This document shows positions 51,161-64,000 of a DNA stretch of 64,000 bases, piece by piece (the first letter of the stretch is position 1; each line of letters begins with the position of its first letter). Under the pieces are notes generated by a model. It was given only the letters and a program-made list of their open reading frames with translations, had not been told where the DNA came from and made no database searches. The stretch is from Camelus dromedarius. Taxonomy: Eukaryota. The position numbers and the translations under genes were made by a program. The DNA lies in the NCBI RefSeq assembly GCF_036321535.1, contig NC_087437.1:51834001-51898000 (forward strand). Reading direction: 5' to 3'.

Positions 51161-51760
51161 ACCGTGATACACAACCCACTCCAACTAGCAAATCCCCAAT
51201 GAAGCCCAACTGGCCCTTCCTCAGTTGTGAGAACTCATTGGACAGATTATTTTCCCTCCTTGAACCTCAATCTGACCATTTGTAAAAAAGAGGGAATGGA
51301 TTCATTGATCTCAAAAATCCCTTCCAGCTGTAGTATTATGGGGGGAGACATTCTATACTGGTATCCTCCTGCCTCCCAAGGGCTTCTTGTGGGGATGAGC
51401 AGGAGCTCAGTGGATGTTCAAAAAGAGATGACCACCCAGAGCAACGTTTCCCACACTGGGTTCCAAGGATTTTTTTTCCAGAAGTTTTCTATGAGAATTT
51501 TATTTTTGTGGAACAGATTCCTTGAGAACCCTCAGTTCCGGAGAAAGTGGCCCTGGGGTTGCCCTCTGGCCAGAGGAGGGAGAGCGAGTGGGTGGGAGGA
51601 GGGTGGGAAGGAGGATCTGCTAGGGGTTGGGACGCAGCTAGTCCAGGCAGTGGATTTTCTTCCTGGAGGTACAGGGCTGGGGTGGTCCCAGAATAGCTCC
51701 TCCTCCTCCTTTTCCCCCCTCCCCCTTTCTCTTGCTTCCTCCTCTACCCACTCCTCCTCT

Positions 51761-51904
51761 TTTTTTTGGTGGGGGAGGGGAGGTAATTAGGTTTATTTAT
51801 TTATTTAATGGAGGTACTGGGGATTGAACCTCATGCATTGAGGTACTGGGGATTGGACCTCATGCATGCTAAGCACATGCTCTACCACTGAGTTATACCC
51901 TCTC
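51761..51904 (-). mobile_element. tRNA-derived SINE (Vic-1-like) with 29-bp internal tandem duplication
   Basis: SINE core and tail. TSD cccactcctcctct 51747-51760 / cccactcctcttct 51905-51918. Confidence 0.9.
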
Positions 51905-53699
51905 CCCACTCCTCTTCTATTTAATACCAGCATGTCAGTCCTTGCTCAGGTGCATCCTGCCTGTGGCTGGGAGAGGTGGAAGACAGCAGGGCTTTGTGGG
52001 GCCCACGACTCAGAGCACAGAGGGGCAGGTGCAGTTCAGGCTGCACTCAGGACTCTGAGGATCCAGCTAGAACGTTTGAGGGAGGAGGGACATGTCACCA
52101 AATGATAACAGGTGATCAAACAAGGTAAGATGGGTCCCAGCTCTTCACCTTAACCCTGATTCACCTGGCCTGGCAGGTCAACTGCTCTAATGTATAGCGT
52201 GAGGCCGACTCACCCAGTGGCTAAATGCAGCCCGGGTCCCCCTGATAAGCTTAGTCAACTTATCAAATTACACAGGAAAAATGGAGATGGAATATTAATT
52301 CCCCACACCTCATCTCTGCCTGGGGAACCTGCCTTCCCAGGTTTCACTTTTCAAAGGCTGAAATAGATATGGAGATTTTGCACTTAATTAAAGGAGAAGG
52401 GCGCTCACTTCTAGTCTTTTCAAAACCATTTTCGTTCTGAGTTTAGTGGAGCCAGTGGAGACCCAGTCACCATCTGGCATGAAAGGTGTTAACTTGGAGT
52501 CTCTGGTCAACTCTAGACATCAGATTCAGAAACAAAGAGAATTAATTTCGGAGGCCCCCTTAGCCAGCCCCTCCCCTTCAGCCTGTAAGCTGAGAGCCTC
52601 TGTATTGACTTGTTAGGTATTAAAAAGTTAAGTGTGAGAGGTCACCTGCAATGCAGAACGCCAGGTGCCAGAGCTCGCCCCACAGGGCAGGATTATCTTA
52701 TCAGCCAGGCTGATAACACTCGGGAAAGTCTGACTATGAGGAACAAATATTTATAAGCCCAACACTTTTCAGTCCATAAAAGATTAGGTGCAGAATGGAA
52801 GCAGGAGCAGAGAGGTAAGTTAGCAGTCAACTCTGAGTATTGGAGACTGGTTCCTAATGAGAACTTTCCTGCGCTCCAGCATCTCATTAAGAAGAATGCA
52901 TGTTGAATGTTGACCTGTTTAGGAGGTACTTTCACATCTGTCAGTTCACATGACCCTCATGACAGCTGGGAACCCCCATTTTATAGTTGAGGAGACTGAG
53001 GTACAGAGAGGTTAACTGATTTGCCCTTTCACACAGCTAGCAAGTGGGATTTGAACTCAGGTTTTCTGACTCCAGAACCTGTTTGATTTCCACACTCCAG
53101 TGGTGGCCTTGACTGGTTCTCACTTTAAATTAGCAGCTACCCAGGAAGCCTCCTTTGCCCCTCAGTTCCCTGGTCACAAGCTCTGCTCACTTGGCAGGTG
53201 AGGCAGACCAGAATCTGATAAAGAGGGAAAGGAGATAGTGACATGGTGGGGATGGTTGAAAGGCACTCTAAAATAGCCCTAGCCCCCAAATACACACATT
53301 CCTGTGGTCTCTCCTGGGGCTTGGATTTCATTCCTTTGGGTCCCCAAGGCTTTTCTGTTTATTCATTCTCCCTGGGAGAGATGATTAAATGATTAAATGC
53401 AAATGAATTAGGATGAGAGGTCCTTGGTGTCAGAGAAGGGGTCACTGATTAGAGGGTCACTGATTTCCTCCTGTGCTAGTGTGGAGACGGGGTGCAGGGA
53501 ACCTAGAAGAAATCCCCTCTCTCTGGGGGCCTGGGTTTCTCCTCTCCCAGAGGAGAAGTGGGACTAGATCATCTTTGACATCCCTACTGCTTGGACCTCT
53601 CAGAAAACCCTCCTGGGACAAGGAGCTCCGTAAGCCCTACCCTTTCAATCCTTAGCCAGGAGAGTGGGAGAGTTCTGGAGCAAGCACCTTCTAAGGTAA

Positions 53700-54010
53700 C
53701 TGGAGAGCAGGTGAGTAGCTGAGGTCAGGAAGCAACCCATGCAGAGGCCTGGAGGTGAGAGCCAACATGCGTGTCTGACTGTGGTCCCAAAGCTTAGGTT
53801 TGAGAGGCCGAAAGATGAGGCTCAGGGATACGCAGGAGCCAGATCGCAAAAAGCCTTATAAGACCATGTCAGGGAGCTTGGGCTTTATCCTAAGAGCAAT
53901 AGGGAGCCAGAAAGGATTTAAAGCAAGGAAGTGGCATGACAACCTGTGTGTTTTAGTACGCTTTTGTTCCCTCTGGTGCAAATGTGGAGGCTGGATTGGA
54001 GGGAGGGGAC
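53700..54010 (-). mobile_element. L2 fragment
   Basis: tgcagaggcctggaggtgaga...gagcttgggctttatcctaagagcaatgggagcca...ggatttaaagcaagg. Confidence 0.7.
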
Positions 54011-54139
54011 AGGAGAGATGATGGGAGGAGGAAGGGCAGTGGGAGAGAGACTCTGCCTGCACTTATTCCTGCTTCCCACCACCTTCCTCTGCCCTAGGCT
54101 GGCCTGGTTGTGATACCTTAATTTGCAAGAGTAATCATA

Positions 54140-54375
54140 ATGGCTACCATTTATAGATGCTTCCTCTGTGCCAGGCACTGTGTGGGGTGCTGGGCACGCT
54201 TTGTCTTATTTAAGCCTCAGAGTAACCCTACCAGGTAGGAACTCTTACCACTCATATTTTATAGATGAGAAAACTCAGGTCAGAGAAGCCGGGTGTCTCG
54301 CCCTGGGTCACATAGCTAGTTAAGTGGTGGCACCACTATGCAGGCGGAGATGTGGCTCATTGCTTTTAACCACTG
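54140..54375 (-). mobile_element. MIR
   Basis: ctaccatttatagatgc..tgtgccaggcactgtg...ttttatagatgagaaaactcagg...cttttaaccact. Confidence 0.8.
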
Positions 54376-57300
54376 GGTGCCCTGCCCCTTGAGATGCCAT
54401 CTCAATCAGCCTGCATTCTCCGGGGCGGGATGGAGCTTCGTTGGCCAGCTTCCCGCAGCAGAGGAGGATGAGAGCAGTCCTAGTTGGCACAGATGTGATT
54501 TGCTATGGGTCCTCTTTAAACAAACTGCGGGTTGTGTCTGGAGAGGGTGTGAGATTTTGGGGAGTGCCTGGGGTCCCACAGCTGGTTCACCTTGGCCTGT
54601 CACAGGAGAAGCAGAGCCGGGCCTGGGGCAAGCTCTGGTGCTGGCGACCCTGCTCCCCAACCCTCTTTCACATGAAGGGGCCTCTCTTACACTATGGGGC
54701 TTTGGGAACCATCTCCCAATCCAGAGGGGAGACAAGAAGACACACTTTCCAGAGGCTGGAGAATGCAGAGGGAGACCGGCTACTACCTCTTTCCCATGCT
54801 GCCTTTTCCTAAAGGGGGATTAGGGCTCCATGTCTGGGTCAGGGAGTTAGAGAGTTCTGGAGGGCACCCCAAGGTGGTTAAGGCATCCCAAGGTGGTTAG
54901 CACAGAGGCAGTCCTCCCAAAGGCCAGGGTGGAGAAGAAGTATAGACTGACACCTCTGATTTCCCCCAAAGTCACTGGAGACCCCCCAAATGGATGAGGG
55001 AAATTCACCCACTTCTAGCCAGTGATAAGGAACAAAGAGGTCACTTTGTTGAGAGATGGAAGTGCAGGCTTCTGCTCTGGACCCAGACATAGAGAGCTGA
55101 GTAATCTTGGAAAAGTCCCTCCCCTACTCCCTGCACCTCAGTTTCCCCTCTGGACAAGGTGAGCCCTAAATCCCCCCTCTCCCAGCTCTGGAGTCTGGCC
55201 CTGGATGAGGCTGTGGTCCAGGCTGGATTCACAGTCCATCTTCTGCCATCTCTCAGGGCCACCCTGGAGCCAGGCTGGAGAGCAGACTGCCCCTTGGGCC
55301 TTCCACAGCCTGAGCTGGAGCCTGCCTGTTCCAGGCCAGCGCCCTGCTCCTGCCCCGCCCTCCACCCGCACCCTATTTAAGGACACCAGTCCTTCTGGGT
55401 TTGCTCTGTCAGTTGGAAGATAGGGCTGGCTTGCACCTGCAGAAGGGCACACTGATTAATTTATTTTGCATCGTTTTGCATTACCTGGCTCCAGGGCCTC
55501 CAGCGTGACATGCAGATTTATGTAAAAGAGACCTGACATGCAAATGAGCCAGGCCTGCCACTTGTTATAGTAACAGACCAGGATGCATCACTGGCTCCTC
55601 TGGCCCAGCTGTTCTTCCCATGGCCCATTGGTTCTCCCAGACCAATGGGGTCGTCTTCCCCAAACACCCCCCTCCCTGCCCCCGCACTGTGCTGCCTCTA
55701 CAATGCTCTGCTCCGAGCCGAGGCCAGGTGAGAAGTCATCCTGACAGTGAGCTTATAAAGAAGAGGGAGGCTAGAAATACTGCTTCCCCAAGGAGTTTCT
55801 GGCTGTGACTTGTCGAGAGAGAGAATGGAGAGAGAAAGAGACACGTACAACCAGAGAGAGAGAGGCCGATTGAGAGAGAGGGTCATGGGGATTCAGCGGG
55901 GCCAGGAGACAGGGCTGCACATAAAACAAGTATGGAGGGAGAGAGATAGACAGATGGACAAAGAGCAGGCAAAGCACAAAGTCAGAGAGGGTGAAAAGCA
56001 AAAAAAAGCAGAGACAAGAGGCAGGAGAGCCAGGGACACACGAGGGGGATGCTGATGGAGGGGGCGGACACCAAGAAAGGAACAGATTTCAGAGTTGCTG
56101 TGGAGGAAGAAGTGAGGATATAGCAACAGCCTGCTGCGGGGAGGAAGAGTGAGGGAGGAGTTGGTGCTGGTGACAGCTTGATGCAGGGGAGCTGGGGAGA
56201 AGGAGTCACAGGCGGAAGTGACGGGGGACACCTGTTGGGAGAGACGGGGAGCTGCCCTCTTGGAAGCCCTGGCAGTGGCTTGGCTGTCACAGGCAGGAGG
56301 GTTGCCACCACCTCATAAACTCTTGATTTATATCCATCCATCTATATTTATACGCACATACCTATAGACACATGCTTATAAACCGCACAGGCAGGCACTG
56401 GGTAGAAGAAAGTGTTCGGAGCCATGAAGGGAGTTCGAGGGGTTACCCAGCGTGGCAGTGACAGTGTGTCTGTCCTAGAATAGAGGAGGGTCCTCCCTTC
56501 CTCACAGGGCCCAGGGAGCCAGCACCCCTGGTCCAGGATGTTCCTTGCTCACCTGTCCCAGCCAGGCTCCCCACTCCCTGTCCTTTGATCAGAAAAGCCA
56601 GCAAGCCAACAAATCAAAAAACAAAGAGGAACCCCCTCCTTGTTCCCACAGCCTCTTTTGTAGGGAAATTGACTTTGTGGGAGGAGCGTAGGTAGGTTGT
56701 CTCAGAGCACAGGCAGGGGCAGTGGGGAAAGCTCCCTGAGCTTTTGGATAATCTCCTCTCCAACCCCCCTACCCCAACCCGACACAGGGCTCCAGGGAGG
56801 GGACAGGAGGAGGCATTTCTTAAAAACTTGAGGTGGCAATACTGAAGGTGCCCTCAGATACCCTTCAGCCCAACCTCGTCATTTCATTTTGGACACAGAA
56901 AGGTCCAAAAGCTTGGTTAGTGCGGGGTTGAGCTAACGGAATTTTTTGCTAAACTGTCTTTTCCTCCACATTGTCCCTTTGGTATTGATGACCTTCCCTC
57001 TCTTTTTCTGTGATTCCTCTGACTTGCCCATGTCTGTGCTGGACACACACACAGCCACTTGAAGAGTGGACTCAATGTTTACTCTGAGACAGGTGAACAT
57101 TGTCCACATTGTGAAAGTTATGGGTTCAGATCCTTCTGTGCACTTTTCACTGTACCCCAGGGATACCTTAGGCTCAGCTTGGGTCACCTTTGCCATCTCA
57201 CCAGCTAGTACTTGCCAGTTCCCAGCAGATAAAGTCCACAAACTGCTCAGCCCAGTGTAGGTGTGTCATGTGAGCCATGAGATCTCACCCATCAGAGATC

Positions 57301-57499
57301 TGCTTTACAGTGAGGCCTCCAGGCACCCAGGTCATCTCCAGAACCCCTCCGTGCCCCTACACACATGCCTGGAAGTGCGGGTCAGCCCCTCAGACTCACT
57401 CAGTCTGCTTGGTTCAGCCAGAGGTCTGGCTCCACTCTGGCCCTGTCTTTTGGGTCACTCTGGCCAGCTTCAAGTGTCACCTTCGTGTTAACCTGTAAT

Positions 57500-57660
57500 C
57501 CAGTAGTCTTCAAATTCTTGAGGTGAGAGGCTCTTTTGAGAACATGATTAAGGACATGAAGTTCTCCCCTCATAATAGTCTTCATAGCCACAAGATTTTG
57601 CATACAATGTCAGGGGACTCGTGGACTCTCTGAAGCCCTCAGACCAAGATAGACCCAAGA
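57500..57660. mobile_element. Degenerate hAT-Charlie-type MITE (subfamily uncertain)
   Basis: cagtagtcttcaaa start, then cttttgagaacatgat...attttgcatacaatgtcagggg. Confidence 0.45.
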
Positions 57661-59269
57661 GTCCTCCAGGCATCTCAGGCCTTAGGAAGCCAGGGTCCCT
57701 GGGTGGGGCCCAAGGCCCCAAGCCATCTCAGAAAAAAATGGAAGCCCTGACAATGTGGCATTCTAGGACACTTCCCAAAGAATGTCTTCCTTCCCTCTTT
57801 CTGTCTCAGGGATCCCTTTCAAGGCAACTCCTTTCTTCCTTATTGAAAAGTCAGATCTAAGCTTTACCACCACCCTCTGGCTGCACATGGAGACAAGCTC
57901 AAATAGCACGTAATCCAGAACTCATTTTTACTTTTTTCTTGGACTGTCTCTGTCCCTCTCTCCAACACCCCCCTCCCTCTCAGCCCATGCCTCTCACCCC
58001 ATGCCTCTCACCCCATTCTGCTCTGTCTCAGGCCAGGGCTCAGCTGAGCACAGCCCCTGAGCCGTTTCCAGCAGAAGACAAGCAGGGTAGGGGATCCACT
58101 CAGGGAGTAGAGAGCCAGTCGTTCTGGTCCCCTCATCACCCGGGGGGACCGTGGATGTCTATGTTCTCAGGAAAAGGCCCTCTGAGGGCAAGAGTGGGCA
58201 GGAGGAGCAGAGAAGGCAGAGGAGAAGGGGGGTGGGGTTGGCCACCAGAGTGAGGATTCTGTCTGCAGATTCCAGACCCTGAGCACTGCCCCATCCCCTA
58301 AAGCTGGTGATAGAGGAGGTGGACTCCAGGCTCTGGGCCTGGCTAGAGATGTGGAGAGGCCTGTGTGTGAAGGGGAAAGGATGGGAGGGCTGGAATCTCT
58401 GGGGGGCCAGGGCAAGGCAGGGGCATGGGAAGTTCCTTGTGGAAGGCCCAGGACTCAGGGTGGGCCAGGGCTCAAAAGAGTGAGAGCAGGCCCGTCGCCA
58501 GAGAAGGCTCTGACCAGCCCATGGGGTGGCCCAGGCATCCAAAGTGACTTTAGATGGAGAAAGCGGCTTAATCTCCCCCTGGAAATCAGGGAGTTGGAAC
58601 CCACACAGCTGATTACAGAGCCAGAGGAGCGACTTCAGAGGAAAGGGGAAAAGAATTAAAGTCAGCTCAGAAGGGAGCAGAGGAGAGAGAGCTAGGGGCA
58701 AGTTGGGGCTGAGGGGTTTGTCTGCAAAGCCCCTGCACCCTGCTCTGGGGGTGGAGGTGGGGAGACTTGCTCAGGGGAGTCTGTGGGTGAGGGTCAGGCC
58801 TGTCATCCAGGGGGACTCTGAGCGGGGTGGGGGTCAAAGTAGAGACAGACTGCCAGGGGGTCTGCAGATCATGAGAGAGCTCTGAGAGGAGACAGCAAGA
58901 GGCCAGGAACAGAGCCTAAGCCCTGATTCCCAATCCAGGCAGGGTCCTTGTGTGTTGCAGGGTGCTGTTGTTGGGGGGGTCCTCTCAACTGTCTCTCTCC
59001 TCCAGGCCTGGAAACTCCAGCCCCAAATCTAGCTAAATAGGAAAAAAAAAAAGGGCAAGAAAATATATGGTTTGCAAATGTGTCACTCAGGCCACCCTGG
59101 GGCTGAGGGGCAGGGACAGGGGCTGTTGTTCCAGGAGACCCTAGGCTGAAGGACAAGGACAGTCCTGGGTAATGTTCTGCTTCAGGTCTAGACTTGTGAG
59201 TGGGGGCTGCAGGACAGCTGGGCTCAGGCAGAGCTGCTGGTGACTCCTCTGCTCCGCTGTCTGCTCCAG

Positions 59270-59270
<1 letters not shown>

Positions 59271-59338
<68 letters not shown>

Positions 59339-59408
59339 TCACTCCACTCAGCTGTACTCGCTCGCTCTCATATTCTCCCTCTCATATTCTCCCTCCCTCC
59401 CTCCCTCC

Positions 59409-59447
<39 letters not shown>

Positions 59448-59473
59448 GCACGCACGCACGCACGCACGCACAC
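59271..59473. repeat. (CA)32 microsatellite plus compound (CCCT)n(CT)n(CA)n(CGCA)n repeat
   Basis: Pure CA run at 59271-59334; compound run at about 59391-59473. Confidence 0.97.
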
Positions 59474-60559
59474 TTAAACATACATTTAAATAACTTGCAG
59501 ACGTATATTAGCAAAAACATTCCATCTGGGCTGGGATTTCGCGCATTGCTTTGAATTCCCCTGGGTTTTAACTTGAAAAAAGAAAAAAAAAACTAGGAAG
59601 AGGCAAAGATTTGACTAATGTTGGGTTAAGATTTTTTCTTACCCCTTTCTTTCTTGGTTACTGACTGCCAAGAATTTATGTTTGTAAAAGGAAAAGAATT
59701 AACTGTGTTGATTAAGAGGCAAACTCCCTGGAAATGTTCTCTCTTAACCCTTTGGTACCCTTTGGTACCCTTTCGGTGAGAGATACCGGGGTTCTCTGGC
59801 ATGGGGCTTCACGTCCCTGGGCTGGAGGCCCAGAACCTTCCCAGGGGCTGGTCTTTCCCAAAGGGAACTTTCAGGACAGAAGTAAGCTGTGCCCTTCTGT
59901 GTGCGGGTGTGTGTCGGTGAGCAGATGCGTGGTAAGTGTGGTGAGAGTGTGTGCCTGAGTGTGGGTGCTGTGAGTTCATGCGTGGGAGAGGAGACAGCAC
60001 GTGGGAGTGTGCAAGGGTGGGGCTGAGCGTGGCGACCGCGCATCTGACCCTTAGCGGATGTGGGGCTTGCTGGGCGTCCCTGTGGCCTGCTGGCTGCATG
60101 GTAAAACTCCAGGACGGTGAAGGGGACCTTCACCTTGACCAAATTAGCCAGCCTGAGGAGGATACCTAACACAGAGCAGGGGGGCTGGGGGTGGGGAAGC
60201 CTTAGCTGAGGAAGCAGGCTCTTTCCTGATCTCTAGCAGCTGGGCTAACCACAGCCAAGGCCAGCCCTGGCCATCGGTCAGTGTCCTTGTGTGGGGAGCA
60301 ATTCTCCCCTCTTTCCAGCTCAGCCTCACACCACATGTGTCCCCTCCCTGTCCCCCTTCCATAGCTTCCCCAGCCCTTAGGAAGACCCTGGGCTGTGTTG
60401 CTCCCGACCTAGGTCAGCAGAGGTGCTGGCACCTATGGGATAAGGGGGCCCCTAGAGGTGGGACTGAGAAGTCTGACCAGAGAAAGGATGTTGGGGGAGA
60501 AAAGGGACAAAGGGAGAGCTTGCTAGAAGCTCAGAGCCTCTGTATGTGCATCCAACCAC

Positions 60560-60870
60560 ACGGAAGTACTGTAGTGCCCTGAGCCTTCCACCTGGCCTCA
60601 CTCCTCCCAGACTTTGCACTATTTCCCTCCACCTGGACAGACCTTCCATCTCTCCTTTGTTTAGCCAATTCCTACTTGTCCTTCCAGTCTTAGATGTCAC
60701 CTCCTCCAGGACGTCTCCCTTGCTTCCATCCTTAGCTGTCCCCCTCTTGCATGACAGACCCCTGGGCACACAGGCACCCTCCACCTGGTTTCATCCTCAC
60801 GTCCTCTTGTCTGTCTTCCCCACCGGACCCTGCACTCCTTGAGGACAGAGGCACTATCTTCTTCATCCTG
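60560..60870 (+). mobile_element. L2 fragment
   Basis: tcctacttgtccttccagtcttagatgtcacctcctccagga...ctccttgaggacagagg. Confidence 0.65.
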
Positions 60871-61859
60871 AGTTCCCCTTGCCGTGACACACCGCACGGG
60901 CTCCATCAGTGGGTTTCACTCAGTTGGGTTTCAGGCCCTTGATTGCCCAAATTAGCGTCAGGCACTCCACAGGCTGTGATCGAGAACACTTTGTATACAC
61001 ACCCCCGCTATATCACTTACCACAAGACCCTAGGATTATCTGCACATATATTTGACCCTATCAACTTTAGTGAGTTCCTTAGGGCAAGGATTTGGTCTCA
61101 GCCATCCACAGGGCCTAGCACAGCATCAGACAAATAGGAAATGCTCAATAAATATCAAATGAATGAAAGAGTGACCAATGCATGATTAAGATCCAAGAAC
61201 ATATAGAGATAAACTAATGTGGCTATAAAGATGGTTCAGGACTAGAGTGCAGAGACAAGACTATGCTCTCAGAGCAGGCTGGGAGGAGAGAAGGGAAACA
61301 TTATTGAGCACCTACTGTGTGCCTGCACTGCCCCTAGCACTGCCTCCATTAGGCATACAGGGGTCATTATTTCACATTATCCTCTCCATCTTCTGAGGGA
61401 GGGGTCCTTACATCATTTGACACATCAGGAAATTGAAACTAAGAGATGTTAGGTAACTTGCCTTAGGTCACACAGCTATGCAGGTTCAGCTGGGATTCAA
61501 ACCCAGAGCGTGTGCTTCTCCTGCTGTGCCGTGGTTCACGAAGGGCGTGCGTTTTGAGCAGATGAGAGGGACATGGCTTTGTAGAGAAGATCGCAAGCCC
61601 AGGCAGGTGGAGGACTGAAGCCTCCCAGGAAAGATTAAGGCCAGCTAGCTTGTCCCATGAGTTTACATAAGCTGTTATATGACCAGGAAACAAGGGGAGA
61701 ACCAAGATGACAAGGGACAGAGCAACTGTGGAGAAGGCAGCAGAGTAGAGAGCAGTCCGGGAAGGCCTTCAAAAATAGATCTGAAGCCCAGTCTTGAAAA
61801 GGCAATGGGTGGGATTTTCAAAAGAAGCCAGCACAGATGTAGGGCTCATTGGGTGGCAA

Positions 61860-62060
61860 ATGCTATGCTGAGCACATATTAACACACTTAATTCTTCCAG
61901 CAAGGCTATGAGGTGAGTCCTGCTATCACCCCCAAATACCAGGGAGACTGGAGGCCCAGAAAGGTTAAGTCAGCTGCCCAAGGTCATAGGGCTGGTTAGT
62001 GATAGACCTGGGATTTGAACCCAGACAGTCTGATTCCAGAGCCTATGTTCATGGCCACTG
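61860..62060 (-). mobile_element. MIR
   Basis: gaggcccagaaaggttaagtcagctgcccaaggtcata...gggatttgaacccagacagtctga. Confidence 0.82.
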
Positions 62061-63639
62061 AACCAAGGAAGGTGAGCAGGGCTATGGAGGTCCTTCTACA
62101 CGGAGGGCCAACAAAAGTCATACTGGCCGGCTGTCTGGGAGTGTGATCTGGATCTGGTTGGAGGGATAGGAGAGGTCGAGTTAAAGGAAAGACACAAACC
62201 CCAGGCTGATGAGTTAGGACATTGTTTCAGGCTGGGGAACACTTAAAAGTCAGGGGCATGGACAGAGTCTCTGTCGATCTCAGCCTTCTCCATGCATGTG
62301 AAGAACCTGTCCTTGTGTCTGGGACTCTGGGGTTGATCGACCTATCCCAGCCCCCATGAGGGAAGCCCCCAAAGGCTATGGTGATGTGGGTTATTCCTAG
62401 GTTACTTCCCCAGAGAACTCTAGCCTGTTTCTTCTCCACAACCCCAGCATGTGAGCAGGGAACTCAAGCCAGAGATGGCCAGTGGGCCCAACCCTGGCCT
62501 CACTCTTGTTCCTGCTGGATGCCTGCTGTGCTGGGGGACTGGGCCATCTCCCTTTCTCCATTCAGAGGGCCCCCTGGGAAGGGGACATGCAGCCTCTTGG
62601 TAGCTCAACTCTGACTTCTTCCTAATTAGAGGGAGATTGTTTTCTTCTAGCCATGCTCCTTTGTGGTCTGGGTGGGTGTCACCTTCCCAGGCCAGCCCCA
62701 TACCTCCATCCAGAGAATCCAGAGACACTTGGAAGAGGGCAACAGCCAAGCCATGGGCTGAGGGAAGATAGTGACTCCCCCACTGTCTGGCCTTGTGCTT
62801 TTGTTGGGGGGTAGCTTTTTCTGAAGGAGGATGCTTTGTATCAGAAAACCAAGAGCTGTTCTCTTGAATACCCATGTTCAAGAAACACTTTCTATCCAGC
62901 TTTGGAACTTTGGGTCTGGAAGGAAGTGGCACCTAGGGTCCCCCACGACTTATCTCACAGCCAGTGCAGAGCAGCCACCAGCCCCCTCTCCTCTCCTCCC
63001 CAAGGCATCTTAAAACACTCCCTTGAAAGGGCCTCTCGACAGCTCATTACCTTGGCACAACATAGTCATCAAGCATTCTTGCATCCTTGGCCCAGGGAAC
63101 TCTCCTCATATTAGTCCTATAAGGCAGGCAGCTCAGAGAGGATTAGACCCATTTTCCAGATGGCGAAAATGAGGTCACATGGTTGGTGAATCATGCTTGC
63201 CACACTGTTTGATTTCTAGGCAGTGGGATCAGAAGGTAGTCTGGAGGTGGTGGGGGCGGGGCAGGATCTGGATCCGTGAAGCCAAGGAGATGGAATTGGA
63301 AGGATGAGTGATCACAGTTCCTGAAAGTTCTACCTTGAGTCACCTGCTCTTCCCTGACCAAGACACCAGCATCTTCCCCACTGAGTGGTGGTGAATCAGC
63401 TCCAAGTTGCCCTCAGCCTCCTGACTTTCACAGGATCTGACTCAAGGTCTGTTTTAGGTGGGCAGTATCTGTGGAGCCTTCTGGTGTCAGGCCCACATCT
63501 AAACAAGAGGAAACATCTGAGAAATATTCCTGAAAAAAGGACACCATGAACAGCATTCAGGCTACGCAGAGAGAAGAAGTGCGCAGGCTGCGGGCGGTGG
63601 CAGAGCCGCGTGCAGTCACATGGCAGCATCACAACAAGG

Positions 63640-63860
63640 TCCTAGCGTGACTTGAGCACTGCTTCCAAAGAGCTGTGAGCACTTACAGGTTTATTAGGCT
63701 ATTTGACCTCATAAAATCCCACAAATGTGTGGTGATAGTTATTATAACCATTTTATGGATAAGGAAACTGAGGCCTAGAAAGGTGTTAAGTGATGTGCCC
63801 AAGGCCTAACAGCAAGGGAGTGAGGAAGTAGGGCTGGGTCTGCCCAGTTTCTTGAAGTTT
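63640..63860 (-). mobile_element. MIR
   Basis: ccattttatggataaggaaactgaggcctagaaaggtgttaagtgatgtgcccaagg. Confidence 0.78.
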
Positions 63861-64000
63861 CTCTCGGTGTTTGTGCATGGGACTCCCTTTTGTTGCCTAC
63901 ATTCGTACGAGGCAAGGTGTGGACAGAGGAGGCGACTGGCAGCAGGCTCAGAGAATTTCCCTGCACAAGGTCACTGAGAAACAGTGAGTCAGGCTCCCTT

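Noticed and set aside
12052..51904. All five young SINEs lie on the minus strand, hinting at a hidden long transcript
   Set aside because: With n=5 this happens by chance 1 time in 16, and the young L1 fragments occur in both orientations.
58869..59554. ORFs with poly-(VC) or poly-(HT)
   Set aside because: Translations of the CA microsatellite.
59748..59777. 10-bp unit ccctttggta repeated about three times
   Set aside because: Simple slippage repeat with no spacers. No CRISPR-like or other prokaryotic-type system is present in this mammalian window.
1..64000. Exons of the presumed neighbours EPHB3 or VPS8
   Set aside because: No ORF or translated segment I could recognise as either protein. 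Short exons could be missed by eye, so a spliced alignment would be needed to exclude them.

Overview
Mammalian nuclear DNA with no intact protein-coding gene that I can support. The young tRNA-derived SINEs resemble the camelid Vic-1 family, and I see no Alu, PRE1 or Bov-A/BovB copies, so the source is probably a camelid (inference). The main feature is an intronless MAGEF1 pseudogene on the minus strand (ancestral CDS 17617->16695). It has two in-frame nonsense codons and five small indels, but keeps its 3'UTR poly(A) signal and a CpG island with near-consensus ETS and YY1 motifs. This suggests loss of the gene at its native locus (human MAGEF1 lies between EPHB3 and VPS8), not a recent retrocopy. 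The rest is typical intergenic sequence: MIR, L2, L3/CR1, old L1M, short young L1 3' ends with target-site duplications (TSDs; one with a likely 3' transduction), MLT1A0- and LTR16-like solo LTRs, MER5A/MER20B DNA transposons, microsatellites, a small local duplication and several motif-rich candidate enhancers. I found no convincing wholly new biological system. Repeat family names and human MAGEF1 comparisons come from recalled consensus sequences, and boundaries of old repeats are approximate.
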